Below, one piece after another: positions 8,620-17,482 of a stretch of 64,000 bases of DNA (position 1 is its first letter; every line of letters starts with the position of its first letter). A program made the position numbers and the translations under genes. The notes under the pieces were generated by a model that made no database searches, was not told the DNA's origin, and worked only from the letters and a program-made list of their open reading frames with translations. Source of the DNA: Anaerolineales bacterium (lineage in GTDB: Bacteria > Chloroflexota > Anaerolineae > Anaerolineales > DRMV01); the NCBI GenBank assembly GCA_027023425.1, contig JALVVL010000026.1, forward strand, positions 24,725 to 88,724, read 5' to 3'.

Positions 8620-9225
8620 ATGCTTTCACCACAGGCGCTAATCCCGATGGTGATTGAAAGTTCGGGGCGCGGCGAGCGCGCCTACGATATCTACTCGCTT
8701 TTGCTCAAAGAGCGCATTGTCTTTTTGGGTACTCCCATTGACGCTAACATCGCCAACCTGATTGTGGCGCAGTTGCTTTACCTCAACCGCGAAGACCCCG
8801 AAGCCCCAATTCAGATGTACATCAACTCGCCGGGCGGGCAAATTTACGCCGGAATGGCGATTTATGACACGATGCAGATGATTACCAACCCGATCAGCAC
8901 CGTTGCTGTGGGGTTGACCGCTTCGTTTGGGACGGTTTTGCTCACCGCTGGCACTAAAGGGCAGCGCTACGCCCTGCCCAACGCCACAATTCACATGCAC
9001 CAGCCGCTTGGCGGTGCTCAGGGGCAGGCTTCGGATATTGAAATCCAAGCCAAAGAAATCCTGCGCTTGAAAGCCCGCTTGAACGAAATCCTTGCCTACC
9101 ACACGGGGCAGCCGCTCAAGCGGATAGAAGAGGACACCGAGCGCGATGTTTACATGAGCGCGGCGGAGGCGGCCGAATACGGCTTGGTTGACAAAGTGCT
9201 TGAGCCGCCAAAGGCGGCGGAATAG
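8620..9225 (+). CDS. clpP: ATP-dependent Clp protease proteolytic subunit
   Basis: [28 protein letters not shown] and [10 protein letters not shown] motifs. AGGAGG ribosome-binding site. Confidence 0.95.
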   Translation: MLSPQALIPMVIESSGRGERAYDIYSLLLKERIVFLGTPIDANIANLIVAQLLYLNREDPEAPIQMYINSPGGQIYAGMAIYDTMQMITNPISTVAVGLTASFGTVLLTAGTKGQRYALPNATIHMHQPLGGAQGQASDIEIQAKEILRLKARLNEILAYHTGQPLKRIEEDTERDVYMSAAEAAEYGLVDKVLEPPKAAE

Positions 9226-9237
9226 CCCAAACACCCA

Positions 9238-9274
9238 CCGCGCCGAGCCTACCTCGGCGCGGTTCCTTATTTCC
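9238..9274 (+). terminator. Rho-independent terminator after clpP
   Basis: CCGCGCCGAG-cctac-CTCGGCGCGG followed by TTCCTTATTT. Confidence 0.55.
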
Positions 9275-9311
9275 CCCAATCCCTTTTTCCCTGTTCCTCT
9301 TACCTTATACC

Positions 9312-10175
9312 ATGCCCATCACCTCACTGATTTTAGACATGGACGGCGTGCTCTGGCGGGGCGGCGAGCCTTTGGGCGACCTGCCGGAGTTATTTGCCCG
9401 CTTGCGGGCGCTTGGCATTTCGTTTGTTTTTGTAACCAACAACGCCACCCGCACGGTGGAAGATTATGTGGAGCGCCTGCGTCGCTTTGGCGTTGAAGTT
9501 GAGCCGTGGCAGGTGCTGAATTCGGCTTTGGCGGCGGCAGAGGCGCTGCGGCAGGAATTTCCCCACGGGGCAGAGGTGTACGTTTTCGGCGAAAAGGGGC
9601 TAAAGCAAACCTTGGCGGAGGTCGGATTTCGTATAGCCAATCCGTGGGATGACGACCAAGAAGGCAAAGCGGATGCTTCAAAGCAAATCCTTGCTCGCGG
9701 CGTGGATGCCGTGGTGGCGGCGCTAAACCGCCACTGCAATTACTATTCTCTGGAAACGGCGGCGTTGCTCATCCGCCGCGGGGCGCTTTTCATCGCCACA
9801 AACCCCGACCGCACTTTCCCCATTCCCGAAGGCAAAGCGCCCGGCGCGGGGGCGCTGGTTGCGGCCTTAGAGGCGGCAACCGACGTGCAAGCGCGCGTTG
9901 TTGGCAAACCCCAGCCCTTCCTCTTCCAACTCGCCCTGCGCCGCCTTGGCTCGCGCCCCGATGAAACGCTTGTGGTCGGTGACCGGCTGGAAACCGACAT
10001 TGCCGGAGGTCAGGCGGCCAACTGCCGCACCGCGCTGGTGCTCAGCGGCGTTACCACCAAAGAGCAAGCAATGGCTTGGGAGCCTTCTCCCGACCTGATA
10101 GCGCCCGACCTGACCGCTGTGGTCAATTTTTTGGAACGCGAGCGCTCATGGCAGGGCACGAAAGTGGTGGGATAG
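9312..10175 (+). CDS. HAD-IIA family hydrolase (NagD-like sugar phosphatase)
   Basis: LILDMDGVLW (DxDG), VTNN and VGDRLETDI motifs. Confidence 0.8.
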   Translation: MPITSLILDMDGVLWRGGEPLGDLPELFARLRALGISFVFVTNNATRTVEDYVERLRRFGVEVEPWQVLNSALAAAEALRQEFPHGAEVYVFGEKGLKQTLAEVGFRIANPWDDDQEGKADASKQILARGVDAVVAALNRHCNYYSLETAALLIRRGALFIATNPDRTFPIPEGKAPGAGALVAALEAATDVQARVVGKPQPFLFQLALRRLGSRPDETLVVGDRLETDIAGGQAANCRTALVLSGVTTKEQAMAWEPSPDLIAPDLTAVVNFLERERSWQGTKVVG

Positions 10176-11240
10176 ATGGAAACTAAGCCTTTGATTTACG
10201 ACCTTACTTTTGAGGAATTGGTTGAATGGGCGGCGGAGCACGGTCAGCCTGCCTACCGCGCGCGCCAAATTTGGGAAGGGCTTTACCGCAAACTCTGGGC
10301 GAGCGCCGACCGGTTTACCACTTTGCCGAAAGCCCTGCGTGCCGCGCTTGACGCCGAATTTTCGTTTAGCGCCCTCCAGCCTGTGACTTCGTTGGTTTCC
10401 ACCGACGGCGAAACGCACAAAACGCTTTTCCGCCTGCCCGACGGCGTGCAAATTGAAACCGTGCGGATGCGCTACTTGCGCCGCCGGACGCTTTGCATTT
10501 CCACGCAGGCGGGGTGTGCGATGGGCTGTGCTTTCTGCGCCACGGGGCAGATGGGTTTGCTTCGCAACCTTTCTGCCGGCGAAATTGTGGAGCAGGTGCT
10601 CTACTACGCCCGCTGGCTGGGGGAACGCGGCGAGCGTGTTACCAACATCGTTTTCATGGGCATGGGCGAGCCGTTCCACAACTACGATGTGGTGATGCGC
10701 GCGATTGCGGTGCTGAACGACCGCCGCGGATTTGGGCTTGGCGCGCGCCGCATGACAATTTCCACAGTGGGCTTGGTGCCGCAAATACGCCGGTTTACCC
10801 GCGAGCACAGTCAGGTGAACTTGGCGATTTCGCTCCACGCCGCCGATGATGAACTCCGTTCCTCGCTCATCCCGATAAACCGCAAATATCCCATCCGTGA
10901 GTTGATGGCGGCAGTGGATGAATACATTGCCGCAACCCACCGCCGCGTTACCTTTGAATGGGCGCTGATTCGCGGCCTAAACGACACGGCAGAGCAGGCG
11001 CACAAACTCGCCGTTTTGTTGCGCGGCCGCTTGGCGCATGTGAACTTGATCCCACTGAACCCGACCGACGGGTTTGTGGGCGAGCCGACCAAGCCGCATG
11101 AGGCGCGGGCGTTTTGCGAAATTGTGCGTGCCGCGGGTGTGCCCTGCACGGTGCGGCTGCGCCGCGGCATAGATATCCGCGCCGGCTGCGGGCAGTTGGC
11201 GTCCAAGCCGCCGCGTGAGGTTGGTTTTGTGCTAAAATGA
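10176..11240 (+). CDS. rlmN: 23S rRNA/tRNA A2503/A37 C2-methyltransferase, radical SAM
   Basis: YRARQIW N-terminus. Cluster motif GCAMGCAFCATG. C-terminal GCGQL. Confidence 0.9.
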   Translation: METKPLIYDLTFEELVEWAAEHGQPAYRARQIWEGLYRKLWASADRFTTLPKALRAALDAEFSFSALQPVTSLVSTDGETHKTLFRLPDGVQIETVRMRYLRRRTLCISTQAGCAMGCAFCATGQMGLLRNLSAGEIVEQVLYYARWLGERGERVTNIVFMGMGEPFHNYDVVMRAIAVLNDRRGFGLGARRMTISTVGLVPQIRRFTREHSQVNLAISLHAADDELRSSLIPINRKYPIRELMAAVDEYIAATHRRVTFEWALIRGLNDTAEQAHKLAVLLRGRLAHVNLIPLNPTDGFVGEPTKPHEARAFCEIVRAAGVPCTVRLRRGIDIRAGCGQLASKPPREVGFVLK

Positions 11241-11275
11241 AGTAACCAGCCTTCCAGCCTGCAAGGAGGAAAATC

Positions 11276-11509
11276 ATGGAAGAGTCGGTAGTTCGCTTGG
11301 TTTACCCCCCAGAATTGCTACGGGTGCCTATCCTGAACCATCTCATCCGCCGATTTGACGTGACCGTAAACATTTTGCGCGCCCAAGTAGGCAAAGAGAC
11401 GGGGTGGGTTGAAATGCAAATTTCTGGTGACGATGAGGTGGTGGAAGACGCGCTCAATTGGTTGCGTGAAAAAGGCATTTACGTGCAATTTGTAGAAGGA
11501 GAATCCTGA
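11276..11509 (+). CDS. NIL-domain small protein
   Basis: 77 aa with AGGAGG ribosome-binding site. Resembles the NIL/MetN C-terminal domain fold (ILNHLIRRFDVTVNILRAQV...GWVEMQISG). Confidence 0.65.
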   Translation: MEESVVRLVYPPELLRVPILNHLIRRFDVTVNILRAQVGKETGWVEMQISGDDEVVEDALNWLREKGIYVQFVEGES

Positions 11510-11523
11510 CCCTCGCGATGGTG

Positions 11524-11676
11524 CTACGGCTTTGCGCGCAGGCTTATCACCAGCATTGCGACCAAAATGCCCCATCCTCCTAAAAAAGTGAGGATTTCGG
11601 CAATTTGGGGGAAAGGGGCAGGCAGGCCAAAACCGTTTCCTCCGAGGATGATGAGGCTCGCGCCGAGGAGCATCAT
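11524..11676 (-). CDS. Possible small two-TM membrane protein (50 aa)
   Basis: Internal ATG of the 115-aa ORF. MMLLGASLIILGG...ILTFLGGWGILVAMLVI. The upstream part of the 115-aa frame looks non-coding. Confidence 0.3.
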   Translation of the reverse strand: MMLLGASLIILGGNGFGLPAPFPQIAEILTFLGGWGILVAMLVISLRAKP

Positions 11677-11834
11677 TGCCCACCGTGCGCCGCGCCTTCT
11701 GGCGCGGGCGGCTTTTTGAAACGCTGGCGTGGTAAATTTTCCTCGGGAGGGGGAATGCGGAGGGCCTTTTCCAGACTCGGCTGAAAAACCCCTGCAAGCA
11801 GCAGCAAAATTCCGCAGATGAGCAACAAGTTCAT
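11673..11834 (-). CDS. Possible small membrane protein (53 aa)
   Basis: ATG 11834. N-terminal hydrophobic helix NLLLICGILLLLAGVF. Its stop TGA overlaps the ATG of the next small ORF. Below the ORF-track size cut-off. Confidence 0.3.
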   Translation of the reverse strand: MNLLLICGILLLLAGVFQPSLEKALRIPPPEENLPRQRFKKPPAPEGAAHGGQ

Positions 11835-12011
11835 AGTCGGTTGCCTTTGAGGGTGGTCTGGAAGTAAGCAAGGGTGATTATAACCTTTCTCGCGGTGGCA
11901 AAGACGCCCGGAAGAGGTGGTAAAATTCTGGAACTGCTTGCGTTTGTGGTTCGTTGGGCGACAACTTAGTTTGAGGAGGTGCCGAATCTAAAATTTGCGT
12001 TTAGCACGGAG

Positions 12012-12222
12012 GGAATAGCGCCGGGCCCAACTTGTGTTGGGTGACGAGGATGAGGGTTCCCTGCCGCGAGGCAGGGCTAACCGGCGACAGCCGGGAAAAT
12101 CGGAAGATCGGCGGATGCCCTCACGGGGTTGCCGCGCCCCGTCCCTCCCAAAAACAGGGGGAATTTCTCAACCTCGGCGACAACGCCGCTTGGGTAACCG
12201 AGCGGACAAAACGCCGAGGAGC
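12012..12222 (+). ncRNA. glmS ribozyme/riboswitch
   Basis: Cleavage-site context A|GCGCC at 12017-12022. Core GACGAGGAUGAGGGUU. AUCGGCGGAUGCC pseudoknot segment. Lies ~135 nt upstream of the glmS ATG. Confidence 0.85.
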
Positions 12223-12357
12223 GGCGCGCTCAATCTCAGCCTTTTGCTAAAAAGCGGGTCTTGCCTCGCGCTGCTGTGGGCGCGCGTGGTGCCTTTTTCC
12301 CTCTACCTGCTCTGTGTGAGGCAATCATCCCGCGCAATTCAACTTTTGGAGGTTACT

Positions 12358-14202
12358 ATGTGCGGCATAGTGGGCTACATAGGGCCACGTGATGCTACGC
12401 CTATCATCCTCAACGGATTGAAACGCTTGGAATACCGCGGCTACGATTCTGCCGGCATTGCTGTTCTCAGTTCGGACGGTGAGGTTGAACTGAGGCGCGA
12501 AGTCGGCAAATTAGACCGCCTGCAAAAGATGGTGGAAGAAAATCCCCTTTCGGGAAACCTCGGCATTGGGCACACGCGCTGGGCAACTCATGGCGTGCCC
12601 TCTCGCCACAACGCTCATCCGCACCTCAGCGAGCGCGGCAGCGTGGTAATTGTGCACAACGGCATTGTTGAAAATTTCCTCGCCTTGCGCGATGAATTGG
12701 CGGCCGAAGGTGTTTCCTTCCGCTCCGAAACCGACAGCGAAGTCATCGCCCACATGGTGGAGCGCTTTTATGACCCCGCCGAGGGCTTGGCCGAGGCCGT
12801 GCGCCGCGCTTTGCTTTTGCTTGAGGGCTCAAACGCCATTGTGCTTTTCTCGGCCTCTGAGCCGGACAAAATCATAGCCGCTCGCTTGGGCAACGCTGGC
12901 GGCATTGCTATTGGCTTTGGTGAAGGTGAAATGTTTGTCGCCTCCGATTTGCCCGCCATCCTTGAGCATACCCGGCGCGTCGCCTTCTTGAGCCCGGGCG
13001 AGATGGCCGTTGTCAGCCGAGATGGGGCGGAAATTTTCTCGCTGGATGGCAAGCCCCTCGCCGTGGAGCCCCAAATTGTGCCTTGGGACCCCGTGGCGGC
13101 CGAAAAGGGGCAATATCGGCACTTCATGCAGAAGGAAATCCACGAACAACCTCGTGCTCTTACCGATACCATTGCGGGCAGGGTGGATTTTGAAAGCGGC
13201 AAAGTTCACCTTGACACTTTGAATTTGACCCCTGAGTTGGCGCGCCGCATTCGGAAAATTTTTATCACTGCTTGCGGCACCGCCTACCATGCTGGTTTGG
13301 TCGGCAAAACTTTGATAGAACGCATTGCCCGCATTCCGGTTGAAGTGATGGTGGCTTCGGAATTTCGCTATTCCGACCCGCTTGTGGGCGAGGATGATGT
13401 GGTGCTGGCAATCAGCCAGTCCGGTGAAACTGCTGACACTTTGGCCGCCATGCAAGAAGGGCGCAAGCGCGGCGCGTTGCTTTGGTCTATCGTGAACGCT
13501 ATCGGCTCGCAGGCTATGCGGATTGCCGACGGGTACATTTCCATGCAGGTTGGCCCGGAAATCGGCGTGGCTTCTACGAAGGCTTACACCGCGCCGCTGG
13601 TGGATTTGTACATGCTTGCCGTTTTGCTGGCGGATATGCGGGGCGTGATTTCCGAAGAAAAGCGCCGCTCTTTGGTGGCCGATTTGCGCTTGGTTCCCGA
13701 CTTGGTGGGGCAGGTGCTGGATCGTGAGGAAGAAATAGTTGAGGTCGCGCGGTGGATGAAGGATGTGCGGAGCACCCTTTACATCGGCCGCGGCATCAAC
13801 ATGCCTACCGCTTACGAGGGCGCTCTAAAATTGAAAGAGATTTCGTATATCCACGCGGAAGGCTACCCCGCCGGTGAGATGAAACACGGCCCCATCGCGT
13901 TGCTGGATGAAGAAACGCCGGTGGTGGCGATTGCGGTTAGAGACCCGTGGTATGCAAAAATGGTGATGCAGGTTGAGCAGGCGAAATCGCGCGGCGCGCC
14001 GGTGGTTGTTGTAGCCACGGACGGCGATGAGGAACTGCCGCCGGTGGCCGACAGAGTGCTTTGGGTGCCGCCTACGCCTTGGCTGCTTAGTCCTGTTGTC
14101 ACGGTAGTGCCCCTCCAGATTTTGGCTTACCACATTGCCGCCATGCGCGGCTTGGACGTAGACCAGCCGCGCAACCTTGCCAAATCGGTTACGGTTGAGT
14201 GA
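12358..14202 (+). CDS. glmS: Glutamine--fructose-6-phosphate aminotransferase
   Basis: Starts MCGIVGY (Ntn Cys2) with GGAGG upstream. Two SIS domains. C-terminal KSVTVE. The tracked ORF start at 12034 runs over the ribozyme and is rejected. Confidence 0.95.
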   Translation: MCGIVGYIGPRDATPIILNGLKRLEYRGYDSAGIAVLSSDGEVELRREVGKLDRLQKMVEENPLSGNLGIGHTRWATHGVPSRHNAHPHLSERGSVVIVHNGIVENFLALRDELAAEGVSFRSETDSEVIAHMVERFYDPAEGLAEAVRRALLLLEGSNAIVLFSASEPDKIIAARLGNAGGIAIGFGEGEMFVASDLPAILEHTRRVAFLSPGEMAVVSRDGAEIFSLDGKPLAVEPQIVPWDPVAAEKGQYRHFMQKEIHEQPRALTDTIAGRVDFESGKVHLDTLNLTPELARRIRKIFITACGTAYHAGLVGKTLIERIARIPVEVMVASEFRYSDPLVGEDDVVLAISQSGETADTLAAMQEGRKRGALLWSIVNAIGSQAMRIADGYISMQVGPEIGVASTKAYTAPLVDLYMLAVLLADMRGVISEEKRRSLVADLRLVPDLVGQVLDREEEIVEVARWMKDVRSTLYIGRGINMPTAYEGALKLKEISYIHAEGYPAGEMKHGPIALLDEETPVVAIAVRDPWYAKMVMQVEQAKSRGAPVVVVATDGDEELPPVADRVLWVPPTPWLLSPVVTVVPLQILAYHIAAMRGLDVDQPRNLAKSVTVE

Positions 14203-14237
14203 GTGCTTTTCTTGAACACAGAGCTGCTTCACAAATC

Positions 14238-14272
14238 ACAAAAGGGATGGCATCTTTGCCATCCCTTTTTGT
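14238..14272. terminator. Bidirectional terminator between convergent glmS and glnA
   Basis: AAAGGGATGGCA-tctt-TGCCATCCCTTT with T-runs on both strands. Confidence 0.75.
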
Positions 14273-14294
14273 GGCGGCCTTTGTGTGGGTAGGG

Positions 14295-15638
14295 CTAAGA
14301 GCGTTCCAAGTAGCGCTCTATCTCCCAATCGGTTACGCGCAGGCGGTATTCTTCCACCTCGGCCAGTTTGGCGCGGGTGAAGGATTTGTAGAGTTGCTCG
14401 CCGAGGGCTTCTTTGAGCACTTCGTCTTGAGCCAGTTCTCCCAAGGCTTCGCTCAGGGTGCTGGGCAATTCGCCAACGCCTTTGGCGGCGCGTTCTTCTT
14501 CGCTCAGTTCGTAGAGGTTCACGTTGTTCATCGGCGGCGGGGCTTGCAGTTTGTTTTTTACGCCGTCCAAGCCAGCGGCCAGCATCACCAAAAAGGCGAG
14601 GTAAGGGTTGGCCGAGGGGTCGGGGAAGCGGAGTTCCAGCCGCGTGGCTTTAGATTTGCCTTCGGTGTAGCGCGGGATTCGGATCAGGGCTGAGCGGTTT
14701 ATTTGCGCCCACGAGATGTAAACCGGCGCTTCATAGCCGGGGACAAGCCGTTTGTAGGAATTCACGGTGGGGGCGACAACCGCCGCCAAGGCGCGCGCAT
14801 GCTTCAACTGCCCCGCGATGAACTGATAGGCCACTTCAGAAAGGTGGTAAGGGTCGTGGGCATCAAAGAATAAGTTTTCGCCTTTCACATCAAAGATGGA
14901 TTGGTGGCAGTGCATACCCGAGCCGTTGATGCCGTAAACCGGTTTAGGCATGAAGGAGGCTATCAGGCCGTGCTGGTTGGCAATTGCCTTCACGGTGTAT
15001 TTCATTGTGATGACGTTGTCGGCCGTGGTTAGGGCGTCGGCAAAGCGGAAGTCTATTTCGTGCTGGCCGAGGGCAACTTCGTGGTGTCCCATTTCAACGG
15101 TCAACCCCATGCCAATTAGGGCTTCCATGAGTTCGGTGCGCACTCTGGCTGCTTCGTCGTTGGCCGAAAAATCAAAGTAACTCCCCACATCGTGCGGTAC
15201 TGGGTGGAGGTGGCCGTTTTCGCGGGGCTTGAATAGGAAAAATTCCGGTTCTGGTCCCACGTTGTAAATCCAACCGAGTTCATCTTTCACCTTTTGGATG
15301 AAGCGTTTGAGGCGGCCGCGCGGGTCGCCTTCAAACGGCTCGCCGTCTGGACGGTAAATGTCGCAGAAAATACGCGCCCGTTTCCTTTCCTCCGGCGACC
15401 ACGGCAAAACGGCGTAAGTTTCAGGGTTGAGCACCAGCCGCATATCGCTTTCTTGAATGCGGGCAAAGCCCTCAATTGATGAACCGTCAAACCACACGCC
15501 GTCTTCAAGGGCGCTCGGCAGCAATTCCACAGGGATATCTACGCTTTTGACCGCGCCGGTTACATCGGTGAACTGAAGCGAAATGAATTTCACGTTGTCT
15601 ACTTTGACGCGCGCCATCAACTCTTGGGTTGTGCTCAT
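14295..15638 (-). CDS. glnA: Glutamine synthetase type I
   Basis: 447 aa. FTDVTGAVKSV, GSGMHCHQS and NPYLAF motifs. Confidence 0.95.
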   Translation of the reverse strand: MSTTQELMARVKVDNVKFISLQFTDVTGAVKSVDIPVELLPSALEDGVWFDGSSIEGFARIQESDMRLVLNPETYAVLPWSPEERKRARIFCDIYRPDGEPFEGDPRGRLKRFIQKVKDELGWIYNVGPEPEFFLFKPRENGHLHPVPHDVGSYFDFSANDEAARVRTELMEALIGMGLTVEMGHHEVALGQHEIDFRFADALTTADNVITMKYTVKAIANQHGLIASFMPKPVYGINGSGMHCHQSIFDVKGENLFFDAHDPYHLSEVAYQFIAGQLKHARALAAVVAPTVNSYKRLVPGYEAPVYISWAQINRSALIRIPRYTEGKSKATRLELRFPDPSANPYLAFLVMLAAGLDGVKNKLQAPPPMNNVNLYELSEEERAAKGVGELPSTLSEALGELAQDEVLKEALGEQLYKSFTRAKLAEVEEYRLRVTDWEIERYLERS

Positions 15639-15794
15639 GGTTTCCTCCTTCCTGAAAGTAATTAGCCCAAAAAGGGGTAGGACTTACTGCATTCTCAAAC
15701 AAGATTTTGGTTATTACGGAAGGCGCTATCCGCTCTCTTTGTGGCAAGATCTCACCCATCCCCCGATGAGCCTCGCTGGCGCTCGGCTCATCTG

Positions 15795-15829
15795 CCCCCT
15801 TCCCTCCCTTGGTAAGGGAGGGAAGGGGG
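15795..15829. repeat. Perfect 16-bp-stem hairpin CCCCCTTCCCTCCCTT-ggta-AAGGGAGGGAAGGGGG
   Basis: Read directly. Related half-copies occur at 59570-59600. Confidence 0.85.
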
Positions 15830-15946
15830 CGGCTACGGCGGGCTGAGCGGAAGCGAGGCCTCGCCGTAGCGGGGGTAGGGAGAGATTAAGCCAGACGACT
15901 GGGTATTGCCGAAGAGCCTGAACCCAACATCTTGGTTGATTATGCA

Positions 15947-16089
15947 TTACGCAGTTGCTCGTAGAAGCGCTCCTCTTCATGTCATGGCGAGCCGCCGTAG
16001 GCGGCGAAGCCATCCCCCAGATGATGGGGGAGACCGCTTCGGCGGTCTACGACCGCCTCGCGGCGACATTAAGGAGGAGAACTGCGTAA
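15947..16089 (+). repeat. 143-nt terminal-inverted-repeat element, copy 1 (called E143 here)
   Basis: Ends are TTACGCAGTT...AACTGCGTAA. Internal hairpins GCCGCC-gtag-GGCGGC, CCCCCA-gatga-TGGGGG, GACCGC-ttcg-GCGGTC. Near-identical to 54877-55019 and related to 51855-51996. Confidence 0.9.
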
Positions 16090-16102
16090 CTCCTAAATAG
16101 GC

Positions 16103-16140
16103 TTTAAAAACAACAGACACGCCGGGGCGTGCCTGTTTTG
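16103..16140. terminator. Bidirectional terminator-like hairpin
   Basis: CAGACACGCC-gg-GGCGTGCCTG (one mismatch), with TTTTG on plus and TTGTTTTT on minus. Confidence 0.5.
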
Positions 16141-16410
16141 GTAAAGATGGACGCCCTTCCTTGTAGAAATAGACGGACTTGCCGTCGCCACTGAGCAGTC
16201 CTTGTCCCACCCGTCGCCGGATGGTTTTCGGCTCTGCTCTTCCTTTTGGAAGGGAAAGGAGGCCTGTGGCCGGGCCTCGGAGGCATCCGCTGATCTACCC
16301 GATTTTCCCTGCGCAACAGGTTAGCATTCCCCTCGCGGGGAAGAACCTCCACCTCGTAATCTCACCCAAGGGTGAGATCCAGCCGCTACTTTCCCTTGTA
16401 TTCTGTTGTT
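16103..16410 (-). ncRNA. Candidate ~300-nt structured RNA or long leader (class unknown)
   Basis: Bounded by a near-consensus minus-strand promoter (16417-16444) and the hairpin+U-run at 16103-16140. Strong internal hairpins (AUCUCACCC/GGGUGAGAU, UUCCCC/GGGGAA, GAGGCC/GGCCUC). No convincing ORF. Confidence 0.3.
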
Positions 16411-16416
16411 AGGCAA

Positions 16417-16444
16417 ATTTTAGCCTAATTTGAGAAGATGTCAA
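16417..16444 (-). promoter_or_regulatory. Near-consensus sigma70-type promoter
   Basis: Minus strand reads TTGACA-16 nt-TAAAAT. Confidence 0.5.
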
Positions 16445-16604
16445 GAAAAGAGCGTGGTCTTTGGGAGGAAGTTTGCAAACTTTTTGCGCGCTTCCTTGCC
16501 ATTTGACCAAACTTTTCCCTCATGGTATCCTACCCAGCGCTTTGGTGGCCTTTGGCGGCCGAGAGTTTTGGCTGCTGTGCCAATTTGGTTTTGTAGGTGA
16601 TTTT

Positions 16605-17480
16605 GTGAGCGAGCATCCATTTGAAACACGCCCAGTTGTCGCCATCATACAGGCGCGCATGGCTTCTTCTCGCTTGCCCGGCAAGGTAATGAAGCCCATA
16701 GGCGGCAAGCCCATGTTGGAATGGGTTGTGCGGCGGGCGCGCTCCGCCTCTCGTGTGGATTTGGTGGTGGTCGCCACCACAACCGCGCCTTCGGATGATG
16801 AATTGGCGGCTTGGTGCGCCTTGCAGGGCATACCCTGTTACCGCGGCCATCCTTACGATGTGCTTGACCGGTACTACAAAGCCGCTTTTGCCTACCGCGC
16901 CGCCATCGTGGTAAGGTTGACCGCCGATTGCCCATTTCTTGACCCCGACCTGGTGGATGAACTGGTGGATCGCTTTTTGAGCGCTTCTCCGCGGCTGGAT
17001 TTTGCCGCAAACCGTCTGCCCCAGCCATGGGGGCGTTCTTTTCCTATTGGCTTGGATGCGGAAGTGATGACCGCCGAGGCGTTGGAGCGTGCTTGGCGCG
17101 AGGCCGATGAGCCGCATCAGCGCGAGCACGTCACCCCTTATTTTTACGACGACGCGGCGGTTGACGCTCTCCGTTTTGACGAAAACGCCCCCCGTTGGCG
17201 TGAAACGAGCACGCCGCGGGGCTTTCGCATCGCCCTTTGGCATGCCCATTCCCCCTTGGGCGATTTGCGCTGGACTGTGGACACGCCTCAGGATTTGCAG
17301 TTTGCCCATGCCCTCGCTGCGCTTTTGCCCGACGGCGATTTTTCGTGGCGCACCATTCTGCGCTTGCTTGGCGAGCACCCGGAATTGCAAAAAATCAACG
17401 CCAACGTGAAGCACAAAACACACCGCGATGTTGATGAGCGCATGATTGAGGGCAAGAAACCCGAAAACGACTTCGTATAG
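16605..17480 (+). CDS. Cytidylyltransferase-family protein (SpsF / acylneuraminate cytidylyltransferase-like)
   Basis: GTG 16605 with AGGTGA upstream. N-terminal VVAIIQARMASSRLPGKV motif typical of the family. Confidence 0.75.
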   Translation: MSEHPFETRPVVAIIQARMASSRLPGKVMKPIGGKPMLEWVVRRARSASRVDLVVVATTTAPSDDELAAWCALQGIPCYRGHPYDVLDRYYKAAFAYRAAIVVRLTADCPFLDPDLVDELVDRFLSASPRLDFAANRLPQPWGRSFPIGLDAEVMTAEALERAWREADEPHQREHVTPYFYDDAAVDALRFDENAPRWRETSTPRGFRIALWHAHSPLGDLRWTVDTPQDLQFAHALAALLPDGDFSWRTILRLLGEHPELQKINANVKHKTHRDVDERMIEGKKPENDFV

Positions 17481-17482
17481 CC

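Noticed and set aside
12034-12357. N-terminal 108-codon extension of glmS in the ORF track
   Set aside because: It covers the glmS ribozyme. The true start MCGIVGY at 12358 has a ribosome-binding site and the obligatory Cys2.
16103-16410. Possibility that the candidate RNA is tmRNA, RNase P RNA, SRP RNA, 6S RNA or a known riboswitch
   Set aside because: I could not find the diagnostic motifs by eye: GGAAAGUCC (RNase P), GGAAGCAGC with a GNAR loop (SRP), a tRNA-like CCA end (tmRNA), the T-box sequence, the B12 box, the TPP CUGAGA/ACCUGAUC motif, or the glutamine-riboswitch CGUUC/GAACG pairing. It remains unclassified rather than excluded; a covariance-model scan is needed.
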